Source of the DNA: an uncultured Phycisphaeraceae bacterium
GTDB taxonomy: Bacteria; Planctomycetota; Phycisphaerae; UBA1845
Assembly: GCA_964648365.1 (NCBI GenBank)
Contig: CAZYLK010000008.1
Span: forward strand, 1-63,037
Direction of reading: 5' to 3'
DNA length: 63,037 nucleotides
The notes under the pieces: generated by a model
What the model saw: only the letters and a program-made list of their open reading frames with translations
Told to the model about the DNA's origin: nothing
Databases searched by the model: none
Shown: positions 24,138 through 31,683 of the stretch, one piece after another
Position numbering within the stretch: the stretch's first letter is position 1
How the letters are laid out: every line of letters begins with the position of its first letter
Program-made: the position numbers and the translations under genes

Positions 24138-24944
24138 ATGCGAACCGCCATTCTCGCTTACGGAGCGATCGTCTATGCGTACTTCCTTGCGACCTTCCTC
24201 TACATGTTCGGTTTCGTCGAGAACCTCTGGGTTCCCAAGTCGATCGACACCGGCGCGACGACGGCCTGGCCGCTGGCCGTGATCATCAATGCCGCCCTGC
24301 TGGGCCTGTTCGCCGTTCAGCACGCCATCATGGCCCGGCCGTGGTTCAAGCGCTGGTGGACGCAGTACATCCCGCAGGCCGCCGAGCGCAGCACGTTTGT
24401 CCTTGTCACGTGTCTCATTCTGACGCTGCTGGTCTGGCAGTGGCGTCCGCTCACGGCCGTGGTGTGGACCATCGACAACCCCATCGCGCATGCCCTGTTG
24501 ACCACGCTGTCGCTCGCGGGATGGGCGCTGGCCCTCTACAGCTCGTGCCTGATCGACCATTTCGACCTGTTCGGCCTGCGGCAGGTGTGGCTGCACTATC
24601 GTGGGCGGGACTACACGGAGCACCCGTTCGTCGAGAAGGCTGCTTACCGCTTCGTGCGGCACCCGCTCATGCTCGGGTTCCTCATGGCGTTCTGGTTCAC
24701 CCCGCACATGACCGCCGGCCACCTGTTGTTCGCGCTGCTGACGACCGGCTACATCATGGTCGGAACCTGGATGGAAGAGCGCGATCTGCTCGCCAAGCTG
24801 GGCGGAGCCTATGCGGCCTATCGGCGCCGTACGCCGTCGCTCATTCCCTCGGTCCGCCGGTGGTGGGACCGCGGCAATGCGCCTCCGGCGGAGCAGGCCG
24901 TAGACCTGACTACGGTCGCCTGTCGTTCATCGGTGGGGAGTTGA
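24138..24944 (+). CDS. Membrane methyltransferase of the ICMT/PEMT superfamily (MddA-like)
   Basis: Polytopic membrane protein with LFAVQHAIMARPWFKRWW and the C-terminal YRFVRHPLMLGFL motif (RHPxYxG-like). Start at the ATG at 24138. Confidence 0.7.
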   Translation: MRTAILAYGAIVYAYFLATFLYMFGFVENLWVPKSIDTGATTAWPLAVIINAALLGLFAVQHAIMARPWFKRWWTQYIPQAAERSTFVLVTCLILTLLVWQWRPLTAVVWTIDNPIAHALLTTLSLAGWALALYSSCLIDHFDLFGLRQVWLHYRGRDYTEHPFVEKAAYRFVRHPLMLGFLMAFWFTPHMTAGHLLFALLTTGYIMVGTWMEERDLLAKLGGAYAAYRRRTPSLIPSVRRWWDRGNAPPAEQAVDLTTVACRSSVGS

Positions 24945-25017
24945 AGCTGTCGAAGTAAAGTGAGAGCGTTCGCGGATTGGTACACGCCGCAAGACGCGCG
25001 CTGCTCACCGCGACAAC

Positions 25018-25052
25018 AAAGGCGCCGGCGGCACGCACCGCCGGCGCCCTTT
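25018..25052. terminator. Bidirectional intrinsic terminator-like hairpin
   Basis: AAAGGCGCCGGCGG-cacgca-CCGCCGGCGCCCTTT has a 14-bp GC stem (one bulged C) flanked by AAA and TTT. It lies between the convergent stops at 24944 and 25101. Confidence 0.7.
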
Positions 25053-25100
25053 CATTGCGCCCGACCGGGTGCGGAGCGGGGCAGGTGAACGTGCCGCGGA

Positions 25101-26378
25101 TCACATGTTGCCGAACGCCCGGACGCCCTGTGCCATGACACCGCAGGGACCGACTTCAGACTCGAAGACATTTTCAAGCGGATCCGACGAGCCCCGCGGG
25201 TCAAGCGGCCATGCGACCATATCCGCAGAGGCGCCCGATCGAATCCAACCGCGCGTCATTTCGGCGCCGAGCGCCGTCGCGCCGCTGCCCGTTCCCAGTC
25301 GCAGCAGTTCGCTCGGCGACAGGCCCGCGCCCCGGCCGTGAAGGAACCGCAGTTCGTCCATCACGGAAAGCGACGGGTTCGACGCCAGGCTGTCGGTTCC
25401 GATGCACACGTTGACGCCGGCCGCACGCATCTCGCGGCAGCGGTGCGGCGCATGGCCGAAGGCGGCGTGCGTGCGCGGGCAGTAGGCGACGTGCGTGCCG
25501 GTGGCCGCGAGCCGCGCGAGCTGCGCATCGGTGACGTAGTTGACGTGCGCCGCAATGGTTCGCGGCCCAAGCAGACCGGCGCGTTCGCAGACCTCGATCG
25601 GATCGCCCCCCCCCGACGGCACGCCATCGTCCCAGACGCCCAGTTGCTGGAGGTACTCGCGGAACGGTCCGGCGGCGTCCCGGGTAAACGCCTCCTCGTG
25701 CGGCGATTCCAACAGGTGAATGCACAGCGGAAGCTCGTGAGCCCGCGCTCGCCGCCCGCACTCCCGCAGCGCGTCAACTTCTACCGTATAGGGAGCATGA
25801 GGAGAGACGCCGATGGTCCATCGGGGGGGGGAGAACGATGCGTCCGACCCGCCCCCACCGCGACCGGCCAACGCCTCGGCTCCGGCCGCGCACGCCGCGT
25901 TCAAACGCTCCTCAAGCAGTCCTCGACGCGTCCCGATCGACACCACTTCGCCGAACGACACGCCAGACAGCCTGGAGTCGGTCAGCACAGGACGGACCAC
26001 GCCCGGACGGCGCGAAATGTCCCCCACGAACGTCACCCCCGCCGCCAGCGAAGCCGCCACGCCGTCACGGACCGAAGCAACCACCGCCGCGTCATCGACG
26101 GGCGACTGCACAGCCAACTCAAACACGCGCCGCAACCAGTCGATCAGATCATCGCCCGGCGGCACGCGCCCGTGAAGGTAAGACAATTCCAGATGTGTGT
26201 GCGCATTGACCAGCCCCGGCGTCAGCACAACCTCGCCAAGGTCCGTCACCCCCCCGCCCGCTGCATCCGACGAACCCCATCGTCCCACGTCGACAACACG
26301 CCCCCCCTCAGTCGCAACGAACCCGTCCTCAATGACAGGCCCATCGACAGGCGCGATGTACTTGGCACGGAGGATCAT
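25101..26378 (-). CDS. Amidohydrolase-family deaminase (chlorohydrolase / MTA-SAH / aminofutalosine deaminase-like)
   Basis: MILRAKYIAPVDGPVIEDGFV...LTPGLVNAHTHLELS metal motif, with later HLLES and GTDS motifs. Start at the ATG at 26378. The track extension upstream only translates the octamer repeat. Confidence 0.85.
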   Translation of the reverse strand: MILRAKYIAPVDGPVIEDGFVATEGGRVVDVGRWGSSDAAGGGVTDLGEVVLTPGLVNAHTHLELSYLHGRVPPGDDLIDWLRRVFELAVQSPVDDAAVVASVRDGVAASLAAGVTFVGDISRRPGVVRPVLTDSRLSGVSFGEVVSIGTRRGLLEERLNAACAAGAEALAGRGGGGSDASFSPPRWTIGVSPHAPYTVEVDALRECGRRARAHELPLCIHLLESPHEEAFTRDAAGPFREYLQQLGVWDDGVPSGGGDPIEVCERAGLLGPRTIAAHVNYVTDAQLARLAATGTHVAYCPRTHAAFGHAPHRCREMRAAGVNVCIGTDSLASNPSLSVMDELRFLHGRGAGLSPSELLRLGTGSGATALGAEMTRGWIRSGASADMVAWPLDPRGSSDPLENVFESEVGPCGVMAQGVRAFGNM

Positions 26379-26384
26379 GACGGA

Positions 26385-26435
26385 GGGAGTAAGGGAGTAA
26401 GGGAGTAAGGGAGTAAGGGAGTAAGGGAGTAAGGG
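26385..26435. repeat. Octanucleotide tandem array (GGGAGTAA) x6
   Basis: Six perfect units plus a partial one, read directly. The array begins 7 nt upstream of the amidohydrolase ATG and reads CUUACUCC on that mRNA. Confidence 0.95.
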
Positions 26436-26513
26436 CGACGATAAGCAAAGGGAAACTTGCAACCAAACCGCCACGCAACGTACTCCACGCAGACGGCACC
26501 ACCTCTTATCTTA

Positions 26514-26586
26514 ATTCGTTATTCGCTATTCGCCATTCGCTATTCGCCATTCGCCATTCGCCATTCGCTATTCGCCATTCGCCATT
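26514..26586. repeat. Heptanucleotide tandem array (ATTCGCC/ATTCGCT), about 10 units
   Basis: Read directly. The array abuts and includes the SNF2 stop codon (26585-26587). Confidence 0.95.
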
Positions 26587-29500
26587 AGTCCGCCACCGCG
26601 TCGTCCGACAACGTAAACAGCGATCGCAGCTTGTCGGTCGACAGTTCCGTCAGCCAGTGTTCGCCGGAGCCGATGATGTTCTCGGCCAGGTCGCGCTTGG
26701 CCTCCAGCATGGCGTCGATGCGCTCTTCGAGCGTGCCGACGCAGATAAACTTGTGAACCTGAATGCGGCGCGTCTGGCCGATACGGTAGGCGCGGTCGGT
26801 CGCCTGCTGCTCCACGGCCGGGTTCCACCAGCGATCAAAGTGAAACACATGGTTGGCCGCCGTCAGGTTCAGGCCCACGCCGCCCGCTTTCAGGGACAGG
26901 ATGAACACCGGCGTCTCGTCCCGCCGGGCCTGAAAGCGCTCGACCAGTTCGGTGCGCATGTGGTTGGGTGTACCGCCGTGCAGGAAGAGGATTTCGCGAT
27001 CGAGCGTGCGCTGCAGCAGTTCCTGCAATCGCTTGCCCATCTCGCGAAACTGCGTAAATACCAGGGCGAAATCTCCTTCCGCCACCACTTCCTCGAGCAT
27101 CTCGCGCAGCCGGTCGCACTTGCCGCTGCGTTCGGGCAGCGGACCCTCCTCACCGAGGAACTGCGCCGGATGATTGCAGATCTGCTTGAGTTTGACGATC
27201 GCCGCCAGGATCAGCCCGCGCCGCTGGATGCCGTCCGCGCCATCAATGCTGCCGAGCATCTCGCTCGTCACCGCCTGATACAAACCCGCCTGCTCGCGCG
27301 TCAGGTTGCAGTAGACGTTCATCTCCATCTTCTCCGGCAGATCGGAGATGATGTCCGGGTCGGTCTTGACGCGGCGCAGAATGAACGGGTGGATCAGACG
27401 ACGCAACCGGCGCGACTGCTCGCTGTCCTTGTGCCGCTCGATGGGCACCGCGAAGCGGCGGCGAAACTCGGTGGCCGGACCCAGCAGGTTGGGATTGAGG
27501 AAGTCCATGATGGACCACAGCTCCGTCAGCCGGTTCTCGATGGGCGTACCCGTCAGCGCCACGCGCCGACTCGTCTGGAGCGTGCGCACCGCTCGCGCCT
27601 GCTTGGCCGCGGGGTTCTTGATGTTCTGGGCTTCGTCGAGCACGACGCGATGCCACCGGACCGCGCCGAGGTGGTCATAGTCACGAAATGCCAGGCCGTA
27701 CGTGCTGACGACGATGTCGTACTCGCCGACCTGTTCCACGAAGGCCCGCCCCGACAACCGCTCCACCCCGTGATGCACCATCACCCTCAGCGACGGGGCG
27801 AACCGCTCGACTTCGCGCTGCCAGTTCCCAACCACCGACATGGGAACAATGATCAGCGTCGGCCCCGGACGTTCGCCGTTGCGCCGCTCATGCAGCAGCA
27901 GGCAGAGCAATTGAACCGTCTTGCCCAGGCCCATGTCATCCGCCAGGCACGCGCCCAGCCCATGCTGATCCAGAAACTCCAGCCATGACAGACCGTTGAG
28001 CTGGTAAGGCCGGAGCACGCCGTGCAGCCGTTCGGGGGGGGCAACCTCCGTGTACCGCACGTTCTGTCCGCCCGACAGCAGCCGGTCCACCCAACCGTCC
28101 GCCTGCACGCTGACGACCGGCAGCCCGGCGTCTGCCGCGCCGGGCATGTTGGCACGCCGCAGGATGTCGAAGACCGTCGCCTGGCCGTGCTCGTGCTCCC
28201 GCACGAACTCCACCGCCTGCTTCAGCGACGCGGAGTCCAACTCCATCCACCGCCCCCGCAGGCGAACCAGCGGCACGCTGAGCTGAGCCAGTCGCTCCAG
28301 TTCCTCGGAACTGAGCGTCTCCTCGCCGCAGGCCACCGACCATTGAAAGTCGACCAGCGCATCCAGACCGATGCCGCGCGGCAGTTCTTCTCCCACCGAG
28401 CGTGACGGCCGCAGGTCGAGCCGCAGCCCGATCCCCGCCTCCCGCGCCGTCCACCAGACCGGCTTCCAGACGCCGAAGCCCTCCAGTTCCAGCACCGGCG
28501 CCGCGTGTCGCAGGAACGCATGCGCCTCCGCCCGCGTCAACTTCAACGGATGCCGGCCGGCCGACTCGATGCATCGCTCGATGGGCGAAAAGTGTCGCGC
28601 CGCCCGCGGCAGATCCTCCCGCACCAGCCGGGCGGCATCCTGAAAGGGCCGACCGAGCACCGCCGGTCCGTGACGGCCGGGCTGAGTCGCCTGGTGCGCG
28701 TCGATGACCAGTTCGGGATTCTGAACCGACTGAACGTGAACAGTGAGTTTCCAATCTTCGCGCTCGTCGCGCGAACCCTCGCTCGTGTCCGGGGGGGGGT
28801 GAAGGCAGAAGCAGGTTCGGCACTCGTGAAACGCCGGGTCGATGTCCAGCCGCGCAATCCATGAGTGGACCCGCTCGGCCAGCACGGCCGCGGCTTCACC
28901 ATGAACGGGCACCGCGGTCCGGTCCGCCCGGACCAGCGCCGCCAGCCATTGCGTCTGCGCCGGCGCGCGATCCCCCGTCTGCGCCAGGATCGCATCCACC
29001 AGTTCCTCGTCATCCAGACAGCGGCGCACCGATGCATCCACCGTGCGCCACAGGAACGATTCGACAAGGTCGGCTGCGTCCAGCGGCGGCGCCGCGGAAG
29101 CATCCGCCGCCAGACAAACGCCCTCAACGGACGTGCCGGACTCGCGCCCGGGCGCAGGCGGGCCGGTGTGCGGCGAGAGTTCGCCACCGGCCGCAGGGAC
29201 GAATGACCGGCACACCGGCGGCATGGTTCCGATTGCCCGCTCAATCCACGCCCGCGTGCCCGCCTCACCCGCGATCGCGCGCCAGGCGGCACGCATCACC
29301 CCACGCGCATCAGTGTAGAGGTCCGGGACGAACTGCTCGGACGCCAGCAACCGCAACACGAATCGCGCGACGCGGACCCAGAACTCGAAGTCGGCCCCCA
29401 TGCGGGCGACCCGGTGGTCCGCAGCGCGGATCCCGCTGAGGATGTCCATCGCGTCGCCGGGCGAGAACGCCAGCGTCGGCACGCGACACGCCTCCAGCGT

Positions 29501-29845
29501 CACCGACGCCGGGACGACCGAAGTGGCGTCGTCTGCGCCTTCCGCCGGGTCGATCGATCCCCGCCCGGAAGCCGCCGGCGGGCGCCCGGCCATCGTGCTG
29601 GGCAAGGCTCGCCCGTCGGACGCAGGCAAACGCAGCACGATCTCGCATGACTCTGCCCCCATCACCAGCAGACTGTCGACCGCATCGCCGGCAATGTCGC
29701 GAAGCTCGGCCTCGTCGAAGGCGAAGGGGTGCTCGGCCGGAGCATCGCCCCTGACGTCAGTGCGGCCGGACATCTCGGACGCACCTTCAGCCTCGGCAAA
29801 GATGTGGAACCGATCGCCCGTCCATAGGCCGTGCAGAATCGTCAT
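26585..29845 (-). CDS. SNF2-family DEAD/DEAH-box helicase with a large N-terminal domain of unknown function
   Basis: C-terminal half: LRPYQLNGLSWL, DDMGLGKTVQ, VLDEAQNIKN, LTGTPIENRL, then the helicase-C motifs (GGVGLNLTAANHVFHFDRWWNPAVEQQATDRAYRIGQ). N-terminal about 560 aa not recognised. Start at the ATG at 29845 (MTILHGLW). Confidence 0.9.
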   Translation of the reverse strand: MTILHGLWTGDRFHIFAEAEGASEMSGRTDVRGDAPAEHPFAFDEAELRDIAGDAVDSLLVMGAESCEIVLRLPASDGRALPSTMAGRPPAASGRGSIDPAEGADDATSVVPASVTLEACRVPTLAFSPGDAMDILSGIRAADHRVARMGADFEFWVRVARFVLRLLASEQFVPDLYTDARGVMRAAWRAIAGEAGTRAWIERAIGTMPPVCRSFVPAAGGELSPHTGPPAPGRESGTSVEGVCLAADASAAPPLDAADLVESFLWRTVDASVRRCLDDEELVDAILAQTGDRAPAQTQWLAALVRADRTAVPVHGEAAAVLAERVHSWIARLDIDPAFHECRTCFCLHPPPDTSEGSRDEREDWKLTVHVQSVQNPELVIDAHQATQPGRHGPAVLGRPFQDAARLVREDLPRAARHFSPIERCIESAGRHPLKLTRAEAHAFLRHAAPVLELEGFGVWKPVWWTAREAGIGLRLDLRPSRSVGEELPRGIGLDALVDFQWSVACGEETLSSEELERLAQLSVPLVRLRGRWMELDSASLKQAVEFVREHEHGQATVFDILRRANMPGAADAGLPVVSVQADGWVDRLLSGGQNVRYTEVAPPERLHGVLRPYQLNGLSWLEFLDQHGLGACLADDMGLGKTVQLLCLLLHERRNGERPGPTLIIVPMSVVGNWQREVERFAPSLRVMVHHGVERLSGRAFVEQVGEYDIVVSTYGLAFRDYDHLGAVRWHRVVLDEAQNIKNPAAKQARAVRTLQTSRRVALTGTPIENRLTELWSIMDFLNPNLLGPATEFRRRFAVPIERHKDSEQSRRLRRLIHPFILRRVKTDPDIISDLPEKMEMNVYCNLTREQAGLYQAVTSEMLGSIDGADGIQRRGLILAAIVKLKQICNHPAQFLGEEGPLPERSGKCDRLREMLEEVVAEGDFALVFTQFREMGKRLQELLQRTLDREILFLHGGTPNHMRTELVERFQARRDETPVFILSLKAGGVGLNLTAANHVFHFDRWWNPAVEQQATDRAYRIGQTRRIQVHKFICVGTLEERIDAMLEAKRDLAENIIGSGEHWLTELSTDKLRSLFTLSDDAVAD

Positions 29846-30077
29846 GGCTGCGCGCGCTTCTCCGTCTCCGGCCGTCCGCCGGTCCCGGCCGCAACGCCCA
29901 CGGATCGCGGCGCTGTCGCCTCCGGGCGTCCGAGCGGAAGTCAACCCTGTTGTCGCGTTTCATCGCCCGAGGTCAAGCGCGGTCGAATTGTGCTCGCGAG
30001 AACGCCGTTCGCGGGTGGGAAGACGCGCGACGAACCCGGATGTGCGTCACTGCTCCGGGGCGGGGTGCCACGACTCC

Positions 30078-30177
30078 CGAACAGGGCGCCACTTGGTGGC
30101 CCTGAAAAGGGCGTCACTTGCTGCCACTGAACAGGGCCCCACGTGGTGCCCCTGAACAGGGCGCAGTCGGTGCCACT
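30078..30177. repeat. Four direct repeats with an exact 25-bp period (TGAACAGGGCnnCACnTGGTGCCnC)
   Basis: Units start at 30078, 30103, 30128 and 30153, with a weaker fifth copy around 30055-30077. They lie in the 460-bp gap between the lexA stop and the SNF2 start. Confidence 0.85.
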
Positions 30178-30305
30178 GCTCTTGAGCAGTGCGTGCGTCC
30201 TGCGGACCGGACCTGGATCACCCTAGGGACGTCCCGCCGCGAGCAGCCAGTGCCGGAAACGAAAGCGGCACGCGCCGCGCGCCAAAACGCTTCAGCCGCA
30301 GGCCG

Positions 30306-30947
30306 CTACCGCCGACGGCGGGACGGCGCGTACTGCCGCACGACGCCGATGACGACGCCCTGCACCTGGCATTCCTTGGGGTAGATCGGCGGATAATTGC
30401 CGTTGGCGGGCTGGAGGCGAATGCGGCCCCGCTCGCGGAAGATGGCCTTCAGCGTATTCTCGCCATCCGCCAGCGCCACCACGATGTCCCCGTCGCGCAC
30501 GTCGTTGCGCTGCTCGACGATGACCACGTCGCCGTCGCAAATGTGCTCGTCGATCATGCTGTCGCCCTTCACACGGATGGCGATGCGTTGATGCGGCGTG
30601 ACGAACGTGGTTTCCAGGTCGAACGTATCCCGATCCTCATACGCTTCGACCGGCATGCCGGCGGCGATCCGGCCCACCAGTGGGATCACCGTCGGCCGGT
30701 CCTCGGGAAACTTCGCCGACGCCGTCAATTCCAAAGAGCGTGCCTTGTTCGAGCGGCGCGTGACGAGCCCTTTTCGCAGCAGGGCCTCGACGTGCTCGAA
30801 CACGGTGATCTTTGAGATGCCCATGTGGTCCGCGATCTCCTGCAAGGTCGGGGAATAACCATTCGCCCGCCGGCCGTCGCGGATGCAGCGCATCACTTCC
30901 ATCTGCCGCGGGGTCAACGTCCGTTCGTCCGAGTCTGTCTTCACCAT
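30306..30947 (-). CDS. lexA: LexA repressor (S24 peptidase)
   Basis: Winged-helix N-terminus (TLTPRQMEVMRCIRD...SPTLQEIADHMGISKITVFEHVEALLRKGLV), the cleavage region PLVGRIAAGMP, the catalytic GDSM, and a downstream Lys (ENTLKAIF). Confidence 0.92.
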   Translation of the reverse strand: MVKTDSDERTLTPRQMEVMRCIRDGRRANGYSPTLQEIADHMGISKITVFEHVEALLRKGLVTRRSNKARSLELTASAKFPEDRPTVIPLVGRIAAGMPVEAYEDRDTFDLETTFVTPHQRIAIRVKGDSMIDEHICDGDVVIVEQRNDVRDGDIVVALADGENTLKAIFRERGRIRLQPANGNYPPIYPKECQVQGVVIGVVRQYAPSRRRR

Positions 30948-31356
30948 GCTTCGTCTCCACGAAACCCGCCAGGCCCGCGGGCCCGGTCACCACCGGCGGC
31001 AGCACACCCAGCCCGAGGACGAGGCGAAGCGCCCGAATCCGGCGCGCGGCGGCAAGCAACTCGCGCAGTTCACGAGCGGCCAACCGCACCACCCCCCGCC
31101 CGGCCCTGGCGCGGGCAGCGCCGCGCGCCGCAGGCCACGCCACGCGCTGAAGCCCCACGCGACCGTCCTCGCCCTCGCGCGCACACAAGGCAACCCGGTA
31201 CGACCCGCCCGGGCCGAAGAGGCACACCGGCCCCGCATCGCATTCCGAAACCGGTTCGCCACCCGCCGCGCCATCCCTGACGTGCTCCATCGCCGTCGTC
31301 CCACAAAGCTCATCGGGACCGACGCCGGTTCTCGTTTGAGCTTTGTTTGGTGTAGA

Positions 31357-31385
31357 AGTGTAGCCTAACATCGGACTAACGTCAA
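31357..31385 (-). promoter_or_regulatory. Sigma-70-type promoter TTGACG-17-TACACT pointing toward lexA
   Basis: Minus-strand reading TTGACGttagtccgatgttaggcTACACT. It lies about 400 nt upstream of the lexA ATG. Confidence 0.45.
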
Positions 31386-31605
31386 TCCTGACTTTCGCCC
31401 TTTTCTCGTCGATTCACGGCAAAAAACTCGCAGGATTCTGGCGCAATTTCCGCGCGTTCGCGGTTGTTGCGGCTGAGACCGCGGGTCGACTTCCCCGGAG
31501 TCGCGTCAGGGAACCCGCATCTCGGGGCGCCACCCCGGCGACCCCCAACCCATCGTGCGATCGGCTGCGTACGACCGACCCGCAGCCACCCTGCCCAGCC
31601 CATGC

Positions 31606-31622
31606 AGCAATAAATTATTGCT
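31606..31622. promoter_or_regulatory. Perfect palindrome AGCAATAA-A-TTATTGCT (candidate operator)
   Basis: An 8+1+8 inverted repeat in the most AT-rich patch I noticed in the window. It ends 8 nt before the -35 hexamer at 31630. Confidence 0.55.
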
Positions 31623-31629
31623 ACAACCA

Positions 31630-31658
31630 TTGACGAACGGCCGATCAGTGGCAATACT
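31630..31658 (+). promoter_or_regulatory. Sigma-70-type promoter TTGACG-17-AATACT
   Basis: Hexamers and the 17-nt spacer were read directly. Candidate start codons for the downstream gene are at 31660, 31684 and 31696. Confidence 0.45.
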
Positions 31659-31683
31659 CATGGATGTTCGTAATGTGTTTGGT

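Noticed and set aside
26385-26586. A possible CRISPR array, considered here and at 30078-30177 and 18649-18700.
   Set aside because: Repeat units are 7, 8, 16 and 25 bp and directly abut each other with no unique spacers. No cas genes are present in the window.
30987-31313. The 108-aa ORF (MSFVGRRRWSTSG...) and the + strand ORFs 30812-31368 in the lexA leader.
   Set aside because: Their composition is Arg/Trp/Cys-rich or Pro/Arg-rich. Only the MEHVRDG... frame looks protein-like, and even that lacks its own stop before lexA. None was annotated as a CDS.
30948-31400. Canonical LexA operators (CTGT-N8-ACAG, GAAC-N4-GTTC, or the GTTC-N7-GTTC direct repeat) near the lexA and SNF2 promoters.
   Set aside because: None was found by eye. 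The clade's LexA box is unknown to me, so absence of these consensus forms is not informative, and no operator was annotated.
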